Source: a virus (Duplodnaviria; Caudoviricetes). Taken from it: 55,990 nt of DNA. The DNA is taken from the IMG/VR virus record IMGVR_UViG_3300033076_001194, positions 1 through 55,990 of that record, one strand, 5' to 3'. A model generated the notes under the pieces. The model did not search any database. It saw nothing but the letters and a program-made list of their open reading frames with translations, and was not told the DNA's origin. Both the position numbers and the translations under genes were made by a program. This document shows, piece by piece, positions 29,095 through 37,845 of this stretch (the first letter of the stretch is position 1; each line of letters begins with the position of its first letter).

Positions 29095-30485
29095 CCCTTT
29101 GTTTGGTTGTGTGACATCACTTTGTACATCTTCTTAGTAATAGACATTCCGTCCTCGTTAACGTTGTCAAAGTAGTGTCTATCTCTTAAGTTTATAGTTT
29201 TTCTCTTCTTTAAGTCAAAAGGAGTTAAAAATGGTTTTCCTTCTGAGTAAGAATGTATTGCTTGGTAGATTCCCCCATCAGCAGCTCTAACTACATCCCC
29301 TACGTTTAAAGTAGTTCCTTCATCGTCTTTTGCAGGTTCGTTATTAACCATTAAAGGAGCAGTATTTGAGATTGATTCTCCTTCAAGGTATCTAGCAACA
29401 GCGCTTAGGTAATCTTCTGCTTTTGTTAATTTAGACTGTACCCAGGCTTGTAACTGTGTTTTATCACTAATAGAATCAAATAAAGATTTAGCATTTTTAA
29501 CAATTGAAACTAATTGTGATTTTGCCATTTGACCTTCGTAGTCATATTCTTTTACTTCAAAGATTGGATGTTTGCTTTCAGTCACAGGAGCACGGTGAGG
29601 TGTTGTTAAGTCTGGATTCCAGTCTTTAATCATATTGATCCAAAAAGTCTTGATTGCTCTTAAACCTGCTTGTCTAGATTCTTCCGGGATTTCTTTTAAA
29701 CGATCTTCAAACTCCATAAGAAGTTCTTCCATATACATTTCTACTGATTGTCCAGAAACATCAACATAAGCATCGTCATCCATATTATCTTCAAAGAAGT
29801 CATAAACTTCTTTTAACTGTACGTCAATTCCTTGTGTTGTATATTTTTTAATGTCAGCAGGAGATGTTGTTTTAGAGACTACTACAGAGCCTGCAGTTGG
29901 ATCAACATCAACTTCTTTTAGTTTATTCATTATCTTAGAAACAACTTCATGCTTCATTTTTGAGCTTCCTGATGATTTTTTTTCAAGTTCAGCTTTTACA
30001 TCTGCTAGATCCTGTTTAAGTATTGCTAATTTTTTAGGGTCTTTTTCAGCGTTTATTTGATTCTGAAGTGTTCCAATGTAAGAAGCTAGTTGATTTTTAC
30101 TAGCATCAGAGTAAGCTTCGTTTATTTTAGCGTCTTTTGCTGCTTTTTTCATAGGTTCGGTCTTGTTACCATCTTTGTCTATATCTAAGAAATCAGGTTT
30201 AGCTCCTTCCTTAAAAGGTCTAGGGCATGGAGTTCCTTTTACGTGAACGTGTCCACATCTTCCGCAAAGTGTAGCTTTAGCTTCCGATAAGTTATCTGTC
30301 ATTCCCTGTATTACTTTATCTGTAATGTCAAATCTATCATCTATAAAAGCCTGTAGGATTGCATCGTAAACCTTTTTTCCTCCTTTTATTTTCGAGGGAT
30401 TGATTTCTAATGTTTTACCGTTGTTTAAGTAAACTCTAATTTTGCTTGGCTTTTCAAATTGATCCCAGTCCTTATATAGTGCCAT
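29079..30485 (-). CDS. Mosaic internal head polyprotein
   Basis: 468 aa of short modules separated by LSE/INE/LKE/VTE sites; CGRCGHVH metal motif, DIDKDGN loop, DYEGQMAKSQL...WVQSKLTKAEDYL module. Confidence 0.55.
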   Translation of the reverse strand: MALYKDWDQFEKPSKIRVYLNNGKTLEINPSKIKGGKKVYDAILQAFIDDRFDITDKVIQGMTDNLSEAKATLCGRCGHVHVKGTPCPRPFKEGAKPDFLDIDKDGNKTEPMKKAAKDAKINEAYSDASKNQLASYIGTLQNQINAEKDPKKLAILKQDLADVKAELEKKSSGSSKMKHEVVSKIMNKLKEVDVDPTAGSVVVSKTTSPADIKKYTTQGIDVQLKEVYDFFEDNMDDDAYVDVSGQSVEMYMEELLMEFEDRLKEIPEESRQAGLRAIKTFWINMIKDWNPDLTTPHRAPVTESKHPIFEVKEYDYEGQMAKSQLVSIVKNAKSLFDSISDKTQLQAWVQSKLTKAEDYLSAVARYLEGESISNTAPLMVNNEPAKDDEGTTLNVGDVVRAADGGIYQAIHSYSEGKPFLTPFDLKKRKTINLRDRHYFDNVNEDGMSITKKMYKVMSHNQTKGGFIK

Positions 30486-30489
30486 AATA

Positions 30490-30948
30490 TTAATATTTTT
30501 TCTGTAAGAAATGCTTGATATGATCTACTACTTCTGTTCTAGTGGGTTTTTTAGCAGGTTCTTCTGCGGTTTCGTCGAGTTGACTCCAGAGTATTTGATC
30601 AGCTTCCTTAGTCATATACTTAGAGTAATGTTCGCTAAAATATTTTTTAGCTGTATTATAGCGTTCTGAATCAGAGTCAAAAGGTAAGTCTTCTTCGCTT
30701 GCCCATTCTTCCACCTTAACAAAAGGTACATGAATCTCTTTTGCATTCTCAAGATCGTTTTCAGCACCTACTGTAAATGTAACATCAAAAGGCTCTTCAC
30801 CTTCTGGTTCAAAATAAACATCTTCCCAGCTAGTTATTTTACCGTGAAGTTCAGGGATATACTCTGTGGTCGTAATTGGGTCGTTATCGTTTTCTGCCAT
30901 TAAGACGTACTTACGTCTCCAGTTTGACATATTAAAGGAGTTACTCAT
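30490..30948 (-). CDS. Acidic hypothetical protein, likely head-internal
   Basis: 152 aa; basic leader ending LMAE; late motif upstream. Confidence 0.5.
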   Translation of the reverse strand: MSNSFNMSNWRRKYVLMAENDNDPITTTEYIPELHGKITSWEDVYFEPEGEEPFDVTFTVGAENDLENAKEIHVPFVKVEEWASEEDLPFDSDSERYNTAKKYFSEHYSKYMTKEADQILWSQLDETAEEPAKKPTRTEVVDHIKHFLQKKY

Positions 30949-30962
30949 ATTAATAAATAGGT

Positions 30963-31532
30963 TTATTTCTTTAACTTTTCAAGATACTCGATAGCTTCTT
31001 GTTTCTGTTTAAGTATCTGCTGTTTGTTTATTTTACCCCAGTCCTCAACCTCACCTGCTTCTGTTACAAAGCCTCCGTTACTATTGTTAATCAAATCATC
31101 AACCCAAATCTCATAGTTATCTATTATACCGTCAATTTCTGAGTTGTGAATACTATTATGATATTCTTCCCATTTACCGGTTGCTTTTAATTTAGTCTCA
31201 AATTTAATCTGACAATCAAAGCAGTGGTGGTGTATGTTATAGAACTGTGCATCAAACCGGTTCTTCATAAGGGTCTTACATTCCGGGCAAAATAAAGGCA
31301 TTTTACCTAAGTCTCTTGCTTTTTGTAATTTAGGGACTGTTTGTTTAACTCCGTTCTTGATAGTCCATTGTCTACCGTCTTCTTCCCAAATTTCACCTTC
31401 TTGTCTATCAACAATATTCTTTGTATACCCAGAAGAGACGCTGGTTTTTTCTCCGGTTTTACCTTGTACTAAGTTTCTTATTCTTTGTAGGTCTGCTTCT
31501 TTAAATTCTTTTTTTAAAACTGATTCTTTCAT
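30963..31532 (-). CDS. Hypothetical zinc-binding protein
   Basis: CPEC...CFDC; EGEIWEEDGRQWTIKNG motif. Confidence 0.6.
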   Translation of the reverse strand: MKESVLKKEFKEADLQRIRNLVQGKTGEKTSVSSGYTKNIVDRQEGEIWEEDGRQWTIKNGVKQTVPKLQKARDLGKMPLFCPECKTLMKNRFDAQFYNIHHHCFDCQIKFETKLKATGKWEEYHNSIHNSEIDGIIDNYEIWVDDLINNSNGGFVTEAGEVEDWGKINKQQILKQKQEAIEYLEKLKK

Positions 31533-31545
31533 TTTTTTATGGTTA

Positions 31546-34500
31546 TTAGAACTCTGGTAAAGATAATGCTTTTCTTTTTGTTCTCCAAAGATTTAAAATA
31601 ATTTCTTTTTCTTCTGGTGTTATATCCTGCATGTCTAAGTAAGTATTTAATACATCTTTAAAAGGAGTTCTTGTTTTTTTAGCTTTTAAATACATACCCT
31701 GAAGCATTGGTTCTAATTCTGATTGTAGTTTAAAGTAATCTGCTTTAGGTAATAATTCCCAATCAATCATCTGTCTAAGCATTTTATCATCCGGGGTTTC
31801 TTTTGCAGGTACTAAATTAACTCCCATTTGAGTTAAGTGCTCAAGTTCATGACGAACTACATCAATTAGATCTTCGTAGATTTTAGACCAGAACTGAGGT
31901 AGTGATCTTGGATCAACTTGGAATCTAATCTCAAGATAAGCAAAGTCTGTATCATCTTCGTCATCATCTTCTCCTTTTTGACTCTCAGCATCTGCTCCTC
32001 CGTCTACTTTATAGGTACCTTCTTCAGTTTCTTTAACTAAAAGATCAGCACTTAAAACAAAATCCATTGGTCGGCCTTTTGCATCTTGAGTTTCATACTC
32101 TTCATCAAAGCTTAAAATACCTTCTTGTCCGTTATACTCTTCTTTCCAAGCTGCCATTATATCCTTAACTACTGTTCTAGTTAATGAATCATAAACTCCT
32201 TCGGCAATAATTGGTTCATCATTTTGATCTCCGGGTGCAAAGCCTTTAATGTTTCTAATACTGTTATTTCCCACTCTATCATTTTCCCAGGCCCTGAAAA
32301 GCATGTTACCGTTATTGTAAGCCTCGCTTTCAATGTCTGCTAGGTAGTCATCCTCATTAACATTTGTAGTGTTAATTCCTGTCAGTCTTCCTTCAAGGTT
32401 TTGACAGTGGTGAATCATCTCATGAGCAAATGATCTTAAGATATCTTTAGGATGTCTACCGGTGATATAAAGTACAATCACTTTATTATTAGGGTCATAA
32501 TACGCGGTTCTCCCTAAGGTATTTTTTGCATTGTCTTCATCCTCCACGTATTGAACTTCAGGTGCAGGAAGAATGTTTAAACCTTGCTCAACCATATAGT
32601 TAGTTAGTTCCTCAATAAGAGGTTCTAATTCTTTTTGAACTGGTGGTTCGAAAGTATAATCTGTGGTGTATAAGCCTTCTGTTTGTTTTGATTCTTCTTC
32701 TAAAGGTTCATATCCAGAACCGTAAGGTGCTGCTTTACCTTTTTCTTCAAAAGTCATCTTAGGACTACTAGTCATGAAATTTGGTTTTCTCATAATAGTC
32801 TTAGCAATGGCTTTATTTGTCATATTTAAGAAAGGAATATTTAGGTTTGTTACTTTGTCATTAGCAACAATCTCATCATATTTCTGGAAGAAGTCAAAAA
32901 ATTCTTTTTTATTCTTACCAAGTCTTTTAAAGAAGCCAATCAATTGAGCAAGTGTTACATCAGATTCTCTGCCGGTCAATCTATCAAGTACGTGCTTAGA
33001 AGTTAAATCAACATCAATAGGTGCAAGCTGGGTGTCAGCAAAAGTATCTGCAGTTTTAACGTCTTGAGCAGACATTCCTTCATTCTTAGAATGGAAGTTG
33101 ATAAACCAGTTTGCCTGCTGTTTATCTAAAGGTGTAGCGTTTTCTCTATTCTTAAATTTTTTAGCTTTTTCAATAGTAACATCACCTCCGTAAGCTTTAG
33201 TAATCTTTGCTTTAAAAGTACCCGGTGCTCCGTTATTGGTTCTTTTACCTTTATAAGATTCAGTTAAATCTTCTTTTTTTCCTTTAGAGAGAGCTTGAAT
33301 GTATTCTTTAGCGGTTACTCCCTTAGGTAGGAAAGTCTGAATAGCTTCTAAATCTTTATCCTTAAGAGCGGTTCTTAATCCGCTGGCAGATAATCCTTTT
33401 AAGTTTCCAATGTTAACCGGAGTTACATGACCGTATTTATTTTGATTCTTCTCAACACTTCTCCAACGATCTTCTTCATCTTTTCCAAAGATAGCAAGAT
33501 ATTTATTTTCCGGATGTGCTTCAAATTCTTTGTATGCATCTAAAACCGGAGTAGGATTTTCCGCTAATTTAATCTCAACGTTATCAGGTAGTAAACCTTT
33601 TTGTCTGTATAAATCCCAAACTGCTAGAGATTGACTAGCATCAACAGATACCTGTCCTTCTTTAGTTCTTGGCTGTTTTGAAACATAAACGTAAACCTTG
33701 TTAACCTTAGGTGCAATTACCTGAATTGCTTTTAGGTGACTGGCATGTGGTGGTTTAAATGCTCCAGGAAATACTGCAATGGTTTGTTTTCCAATTTCAG
33801 CTTCTAGGATTGGCTTAATAAGGCTTGTAATAAAAGAGCCGTATTTTTCTTCTAAGGAAGCTACTGTATCTAAAGCCATCTGCTTATTATCTCCTTTAGG
33901 AGTTCCTACTTCCCCGGATTTAATCGATACCATTGATTTAAAAATTCCTTTAATTCTATTTTTTGATCTTGGATTTTTTAATTTTTTAAGATCAGAAACC
34001 AAATTATTAAAAGGTTGATCAATATTGTAATTAGAAAGTAGCTTCTTAACATCAGACCAGTTACTTGACTTCCAAACTTCAGTTCTATCAAGTTGTTTAT
34101 AGTCTTCATCAAGAGTTACAATCCTAAGAGTTAAACCTGCTGATGATAAGTTAAATTCATATTCTTGGTTTGGTTCTAAACTAGGTATATTCTTGATACC
34201 CATCTTATCAATAACCTTATTAGGATCTTCTTCTAAAGTTACCACTTTAACAAGTCCTAAAATTAACCCCTGGATTTCTGCTGGGTAATCTAGGAAAGTC
34301 TTTTTGAAGTCACCTTCTTCCTCTGTTAAAGCAATTATATTATCAACTTGAACAAATTCGCCAGGCATTCCTACAATCGGATATAAAATTGTTACAATCT
34401 CTCCGGTGTTTAGGGTTTTTTTACCTTTATACTTTTCACTCTTAAAAGGAACGATTATATCGTCTGGAAGTGATTCTAAGTGCTTGGCAAGCTGTTTTTT

Positions 34501-34701
34501 AAATTCTTTCTTATCTTCTCCTTCAAAAGTAGTAATTAAATCAATATCACCAAAGTCTTGTTTGGCTGAAGTATTATAAGATCCGGAAACTTTAGCTGAT
34601 TTAAAGCCGGGTATCTTGCTTAATACTTTATCAATATATTCTTGAACTGTCTTCTCGACAGCTGATCTTGGTATGCGATTACCTCCTGCTGAACCTGACA
34701 T
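31546..34701 (-). CDS. Polyvalent multi-enzyme protein: Pol-beta-like NTase, HxGH-type nucleotidyltransferase, putative RNase-like module, two zincin metallopeptidase domains
   Basis: SGS-x10-DID...QVD (aa 39-120); FPGAFKPPHASH (aa 311-322) and SASGLR; KHVLDRL...KTIMRK (aa about 545-645); HEMIH (aa 760-764) and HELEH near aa 950. Confidence 0.75.
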   Translation of the reverse strand: MSGSAGGNRIPRSAVEKTVQEYIDKVLSKIPGFKSAKVSGSYNTSAKQDFGDIDLITTFEGEDKKEFKKQLAKHLESLPDDIIVPFKSEKYKGKKTLNTGEIVTILYPIVGMPGEFVQVDNIIALTEEEGDFKKTFLDYPAEIQGLILGLVKVVTLEEDPNKVIDKMGIKNIPSLEPNQEYEFNLSSAGLTLRIVTLDEDYKQLDRTEVWKSSNWSDVKKLLSNYNIDQPFNNLVSDLKKLKNPRSKNRIKGIFKSMVSIKSGEVGTPKGDNKQMALDTVASLEEKYGSFITSLIKPILEAEIGKQTIAVFPGAFKPPHASHLKAIQVIAPKVNKVYVYVSKQPRTKEGQVSVDASQSLAVWDLYRQKGLLPDNVEIKLAENPTPVLDAYKEFEAHPENKYLAIFGKDEEDRWRSVEKNQNKYGHVTPVNIGNLKGLSASGLRTALKDKDLEAIQTFLPKGVTAKEYIQALSKGKKEDLTESYKGKRTNNGAPGTFKAKITKAYGGDVTIEKAKKFKNRENATPLDKQQANWFINFHSKNEGMSAQDVKTADTFADTQLAPIDVDLTSKHVLDRLTGRESDVTLAQLIGFFKRLGKNKKEFFDFFQKYDEIVANDKVTNLNIPFLNMTNKAIAKTIMRKPNFMTSSPKMTFEEKGKAAPYGSGYEPLEEESKQTEGLYTTDYTFEPPVQKELEPLIEELTNYMVEQGLNILPAPEVQYVEDEDNAKNTLGRTAYYDPNNKVIVLYITGRHPKDILRSFAHEMIHHCQNLEGRLTGINTTNVNEDDYLADIESEAYNNGNMLFRAWENDRVGNNSIRNIKGFAPGDQNDEPIIAEGVYDSLTRTVVKDIMAAWKEEYNGQEGILSFDEEYETQDAKGRPMDFVLSADLLVKETEEGTYKVDGGADAESQKGEDDDEDDTDFAYLEIRFQVDPRSLPQFWSKIYEDLIDVVRHELEHLTQMGVNLVPAKETPDDKMLRQMIDWELLPKADYFKLQSELEPMLQGMYLKAKKTRTPFKDVLNTYLDMQDITPEEKEIILNLWRTKRKALSLPEF

Positions 34702-35666
34702 TATGCTGTTTTATATTTAATTAAATTAGAATCATCTGGTAAGAATTTACCTTTTAAACCTAAACGTTCCTGGTTTTTAATCCAATAGTCTTGTAAGTCT
34801 TCAGGAATATCTGCTCTAGTTGAATCTAGAATTTTTAAGTATGTATCAAAGATGCTATTTAAATCTTCCTGAGATAGGTGAGATTTTAAATAATCCATCA
34901 ACTCAAAATAATCATTAAGAACATCCTGTGTAATTTCTACTCCGTAAAGTTTATTGATTAATTCTAAAGTTTCTTTTGGACTTTCTGCTTCTACCTCTCT
35001 GGTTTCTTTATCAATAATTCCTTGACCGTGTTTGAAGATTTTACCCTTGTTTGCAAATAATGCAACTAATAATTGGGTTCTATGAAGACCCTTAACGTTA
35101 CCTTTGTATAAGTTAGAATAATAACTGAATCTTAACCATTCTGGATTTCCAACGTTAATATCAATCTGAACGCTTTCTGGAAGTTCTTCTCCTGCTTCAT
35201 TATACTGTGGGAAAGCGAAAAATAAAGAACCGTTAGTAGCAGATTTAGGATCTGATTCAATGGTTAGATTTGATTGGTTTACCTTATTTGCTATAAGTTC
35301 AAGCATTGCTCTTAAAGCAATTTGAGCCGGAGTGGCTGTTCTTGCTCTCTTGGCGATCTTCTCAGACAATTCATTAAATTCCGTAGGGTTAATATCCCAT
35401 CCTTCAAAGTCTGGTTTTTCACCTGTTAAGAAATTCTTCACATCATAAGATAAATCAATATCTCCAGAAATGTCTTTTTTACCGGCAGATCCTAATTTTT
35501 CAAAGGATTTAAACGTAGAGGCTTTCTTTGGAAATATTTCTCCAAGTACCTCTACGAATTTCTCCATTGTAGATTCAATATTTTCTTTTTTTATAGATGC
35601 GGTTGTTCCAAAAACGTTACCGCCCTCATTTAATATTTGCTTTAAAAGTGAGGTAAGCTTGATCAT
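34701..35666 (-). CDS. Pol-beta superfamily nucleotidyltransferase with putative capsid-targeting leader
   Basis: LGSAGKKDISGDIDL and VQIDI catalytic motifs; MIKLTSLLKQILNE leader; TATTTATA 4 nt before ATG. Confidence 0.75.
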   Translation of the reverse strand: MIKLTSLLKQILNEGGNVFGTTASIKKENIESTMEKFVEVLGEIFPKKASTFKSFEKLGSAGKKDISGDIDLSYDVKNFLTGEKPDFEGWDINPTEFNELSEKIAKRARTATPAQIALRAMLELIANKVNQSNLTIESDPKSATNGSLFFAFPQYNEAGEELPESVQIDINVGNPEWLRFSYYSNLYKGNVKGLHRTQLLVALFANKGKIFKHGQGIIDKETREVEAESPKETLELINKLYGVEITQDVLNDYFELMDYLKSHLSQEDLNSIFDTYLKILDSTRADIPEDLQDYWIKNQERLGLKGKFLPDDSNLIKYKTA

Positions 35667-35678
35667 ATGTTATAAATA

Positions 35679-36470
35679 TCACCCTTTCAGTTTGATACTG
35701 GTAGGTAATACTTCTGTAGAAGGTTTAAGTTCTGGATGTTTCATTTTAAAGATTTCATATAGGTGTTTGAAGATTCTTTTATTTTCTTCTAACGGTTCTG
35801 TTGCTTCCTTAATTTCCCAGCCTTTTCCCTGCATCTTGTCTGCTTTCTTACTCTCTCCTCTGGTCATTGCTTTCAGCCATAAAATGCCCATTCGGTCGAT
35901 TGGTCTATTAAAACATTCATTCCAGCCGGTTGCATAACAGGCAAGTTGTAAATCATAAGTATCATGTAAAGCATTTGAAGTCTTAATATCAAGCAACCAA
36001 AGTTCACCATTAATTTCAACGATCAAATCAGCAGTACCGGCAACCTGTAATTCATCAGAGAAAATATGAACCTCTGATTCTATTAAGGTAGGTTTGTAGG
36101 TCTCCCAAAATTCAACAAACTTTAAAATCATCTGCCAGACTTTAAGACTATATTTAGTAGTACCCCATTCATTTAACCAATGAACTTCTTCTCCTTTTAA
36201 ATAAGCTTCAATAGCATTATGGACCTGTGTACCTTCTTCTCCGGCACGTCTCATAATAATATCAGCATTTGTTCCTACTTCTTTTAACCAAGTTTCAAAG
36301 AATTTATCTTTAGGAAAATAAGATAATACAGTTGTTACGGAAGGGTAATAAACGCCTTCTTTTCTCTGGTAGTATCTAGAGTCTTGTAGGGTGATTTGTC
36401 GAGCGGTTGAATCTGGGTGTATTAACCTCTGTACTCTTTTGTCTTTTAAGTTTTCGTTTTTTTCAATCAT
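35679..36470 (-). CDS. PD-(D/E)xK exonuclease (Cas4/RecB-like)
   Basis: YPSVTTVL, GTQVHNAIE, AGTADL, LLDIKTS, LQLACY motifs. Confidence 0.88.
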   Translation of the reverse strand: MIEKNENLKDKRVQRLIHPDSTARQITLQDSRYYQRKEGVYYPSVTTVLSYFPKDKFFETWLKEVGTNADIIMRRAGEEGTQVHNAIEAYLKGEEVHWLNEWGTTKYSLKVWQMILKFVEFWETYKPTLIESEVHIFSDELQVAGTADLIVEINGELWLLDIKTSNALHDTYDLQLACYATGWNECFNRPIDRMGILWLKAMTRGESKKADKMQGKGWEIKEATEPLEENKRIFKHLYEIFKMKHPELKPSTEVLPTSIKLKG

Positions 36471-37393
36471 AATTGAAATTTTTTCTCCATTAAGGTTCTG
36501 AATGTTAATGGGGTGCTTTTATGTAGTAGTTTAGTAAATTCTGTAAATCCAAGTTCGGAAGGATCTTTCTGATCTAGATCAACTAGAAATACTTCTTTTC
36601 CGTGGTTTAATAAGGTTTGGCAATACTCCAAGGCTTGTTTTAATGCATCATTATCTAATGCAATAAAGACTTGTTTAACACTTGAAGATACAATCTTTTT
36701 CATAAGTTTTTCCGGTAAGGTTTTACCTAATAATGGGATTGCATTACGTTTGATTGCCATTGCATCAAAAGTACCTTCACATAATACTATTGGACTCTCC
36801 CAGTTTATAAGGAGGTCAAAAGCAATAATATTTTTTGAGGCTTGTGGGTTTTTATACTTAATATCTGTAGGTCCGAAATTACGACCAACAAAGTAATTTA
36901 AAGCTCCGTGTTCATCGTAACTAGGTATGATTATCATATCGTTATACCGACCTGAATCACAGTATCCTAAGTTGTAACGTTTAATATCAGTAGAGGTTAT
37001 GTTACGTTCTTTTAAGTACCTTAAAGCTTGTCTAACCTTTACGTCTTTAGTATCAGCATCATATAATGCTTTGTATTCCTTAGGTAATCCTAGAGCTTCA
37101 GTTTTAACTCCATGCTCTTCCTGGAAGGAAATCTTAACATAGTTCTTAAGTTCCTGAACTTTATGGTCAGGAGCAGAGACAGCTTTAAATAAACTAACTA
37201 ATTTTTTCCCCTTCTTATTGCAGACCCAGCAATGCCAGTGGTTGATCCCTTCCTCATTTTCTTTAAAGTTAACCTCTAATTTAGGTTTATAATGATTACA
37301 GAAAGGACATGGATAAGAATAATTATCCCCAGACGTAGCTTTCCCTGCTCCTAATACACTATTTACTAGGTTTACTAGTAGATGATTGACCAT
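36467..37393 (-). CDS. dnaG: DNA primase (Zn finger plus TOPRIM)
   Basis: CPFC...HCWVC, YLKERNI, IIIP, KYKNP, LCEGTFDAM, ALDND, KDPSE. Confidence 0.9.
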   Translation of the reverse strand: MVNHLLVNLVNSVLGAGKATSGDNYSYPCPFCNHYKPKLEVNFKENEEGINHWHCWVCNKKGKKLVSLFKAVSAPDHKVQELKNYVKISFQEEHGVKTEALGLPKEYKALYDADTKDVKVRQALRYLKERNITSTDIKRYNLGYCDSGRYNDMIIIPSYDEHGALNYFVGRNFGPTDIKYKNPQASKNIIAFDLLINWESPIVLCEGTFDAMAIKRNAIPLLGKTLPEKLMKKIVSSSVKQVFIALDNDALKQALEYCQTLLNHGKEVFLVDLDQKDPSELGFTEFTKLLHKSTPLTFRTLMEKKFQL

Positions 37394-37397
37394 TAAT

Positions 37398-37428
37398 TAA
37401 ATATACGAAACTAATTGGGTATGTGCAA
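37398..37428 (-). promoter_or_regulatory. Bacteroidota-type -33/-7 promoter for primase
   Basis: TTG-N20-TATATTTA, 4 nt before the primase ATG. Confidence 0.7.
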
Positions 37429-37845
37429 GTCTTTTCTAAAAAATTTACCGAGGATGTTGTCGTTGTATGAGTTTGTATAAAGTACTTCATGTTTACATTG
37501 ATATTCTATCTCATAATATGTGAGTTCTTTTTTAGATTTGCAAAGTTTAAGAACTTTTCTCTCAAAGTTTTCTACTCCATGGACTTTAATATCTGCTAGA
37601 AGTTCTTTATTAGAACCCCAGTACATCATCCAATTTGATTCTTTAGTAACTATTTTATGAGTAGGTTTTCTTCCAGGTCCGGTCTGTTCTGAGATTTCTT
37701 TTTTTGTAAGTTTAGTTTTTGTATTATTCCAAAATACTTTTTTACCTATGTAAAATTTTCCTGTAAGTTTGTTTTTTATTATATACACAAACCCAAACCA
37801 ATCCTCCGGAGAGAATGGGTCAATATAAATCCATTTCTGGGTCAT
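37411..37845 (-). CDS. GIY-YIG endonuclease (Seg-like)
   Basis: GFVYIIKNKLTGKFYIGKK, YWGS, conserved E and YNDN. Confidence 0.88.
   Translation of the reverse strand: MTQKWIYIDPFSPEDWFGFVYIIKNKLTGKFYIGKKVFWNNTKTKLTKKEISEQTGPGRKPTHKIVTKESNWMMYWGSNKELLADIKVHGVENFERKVLKLCKSKKELTYYEIEYQCKHEVLYTNSYNDNILGKFFRKDLHIPN

Noticed and set aside
35679-36470. CRISPR-Cas system suggested by the Cas4-like nuclease
   Set aside because: No repeat-spacer array or other cas genes; lacks the Cas4 four-Cys cluster and sits next to primase like ordinary phage exonucleases.
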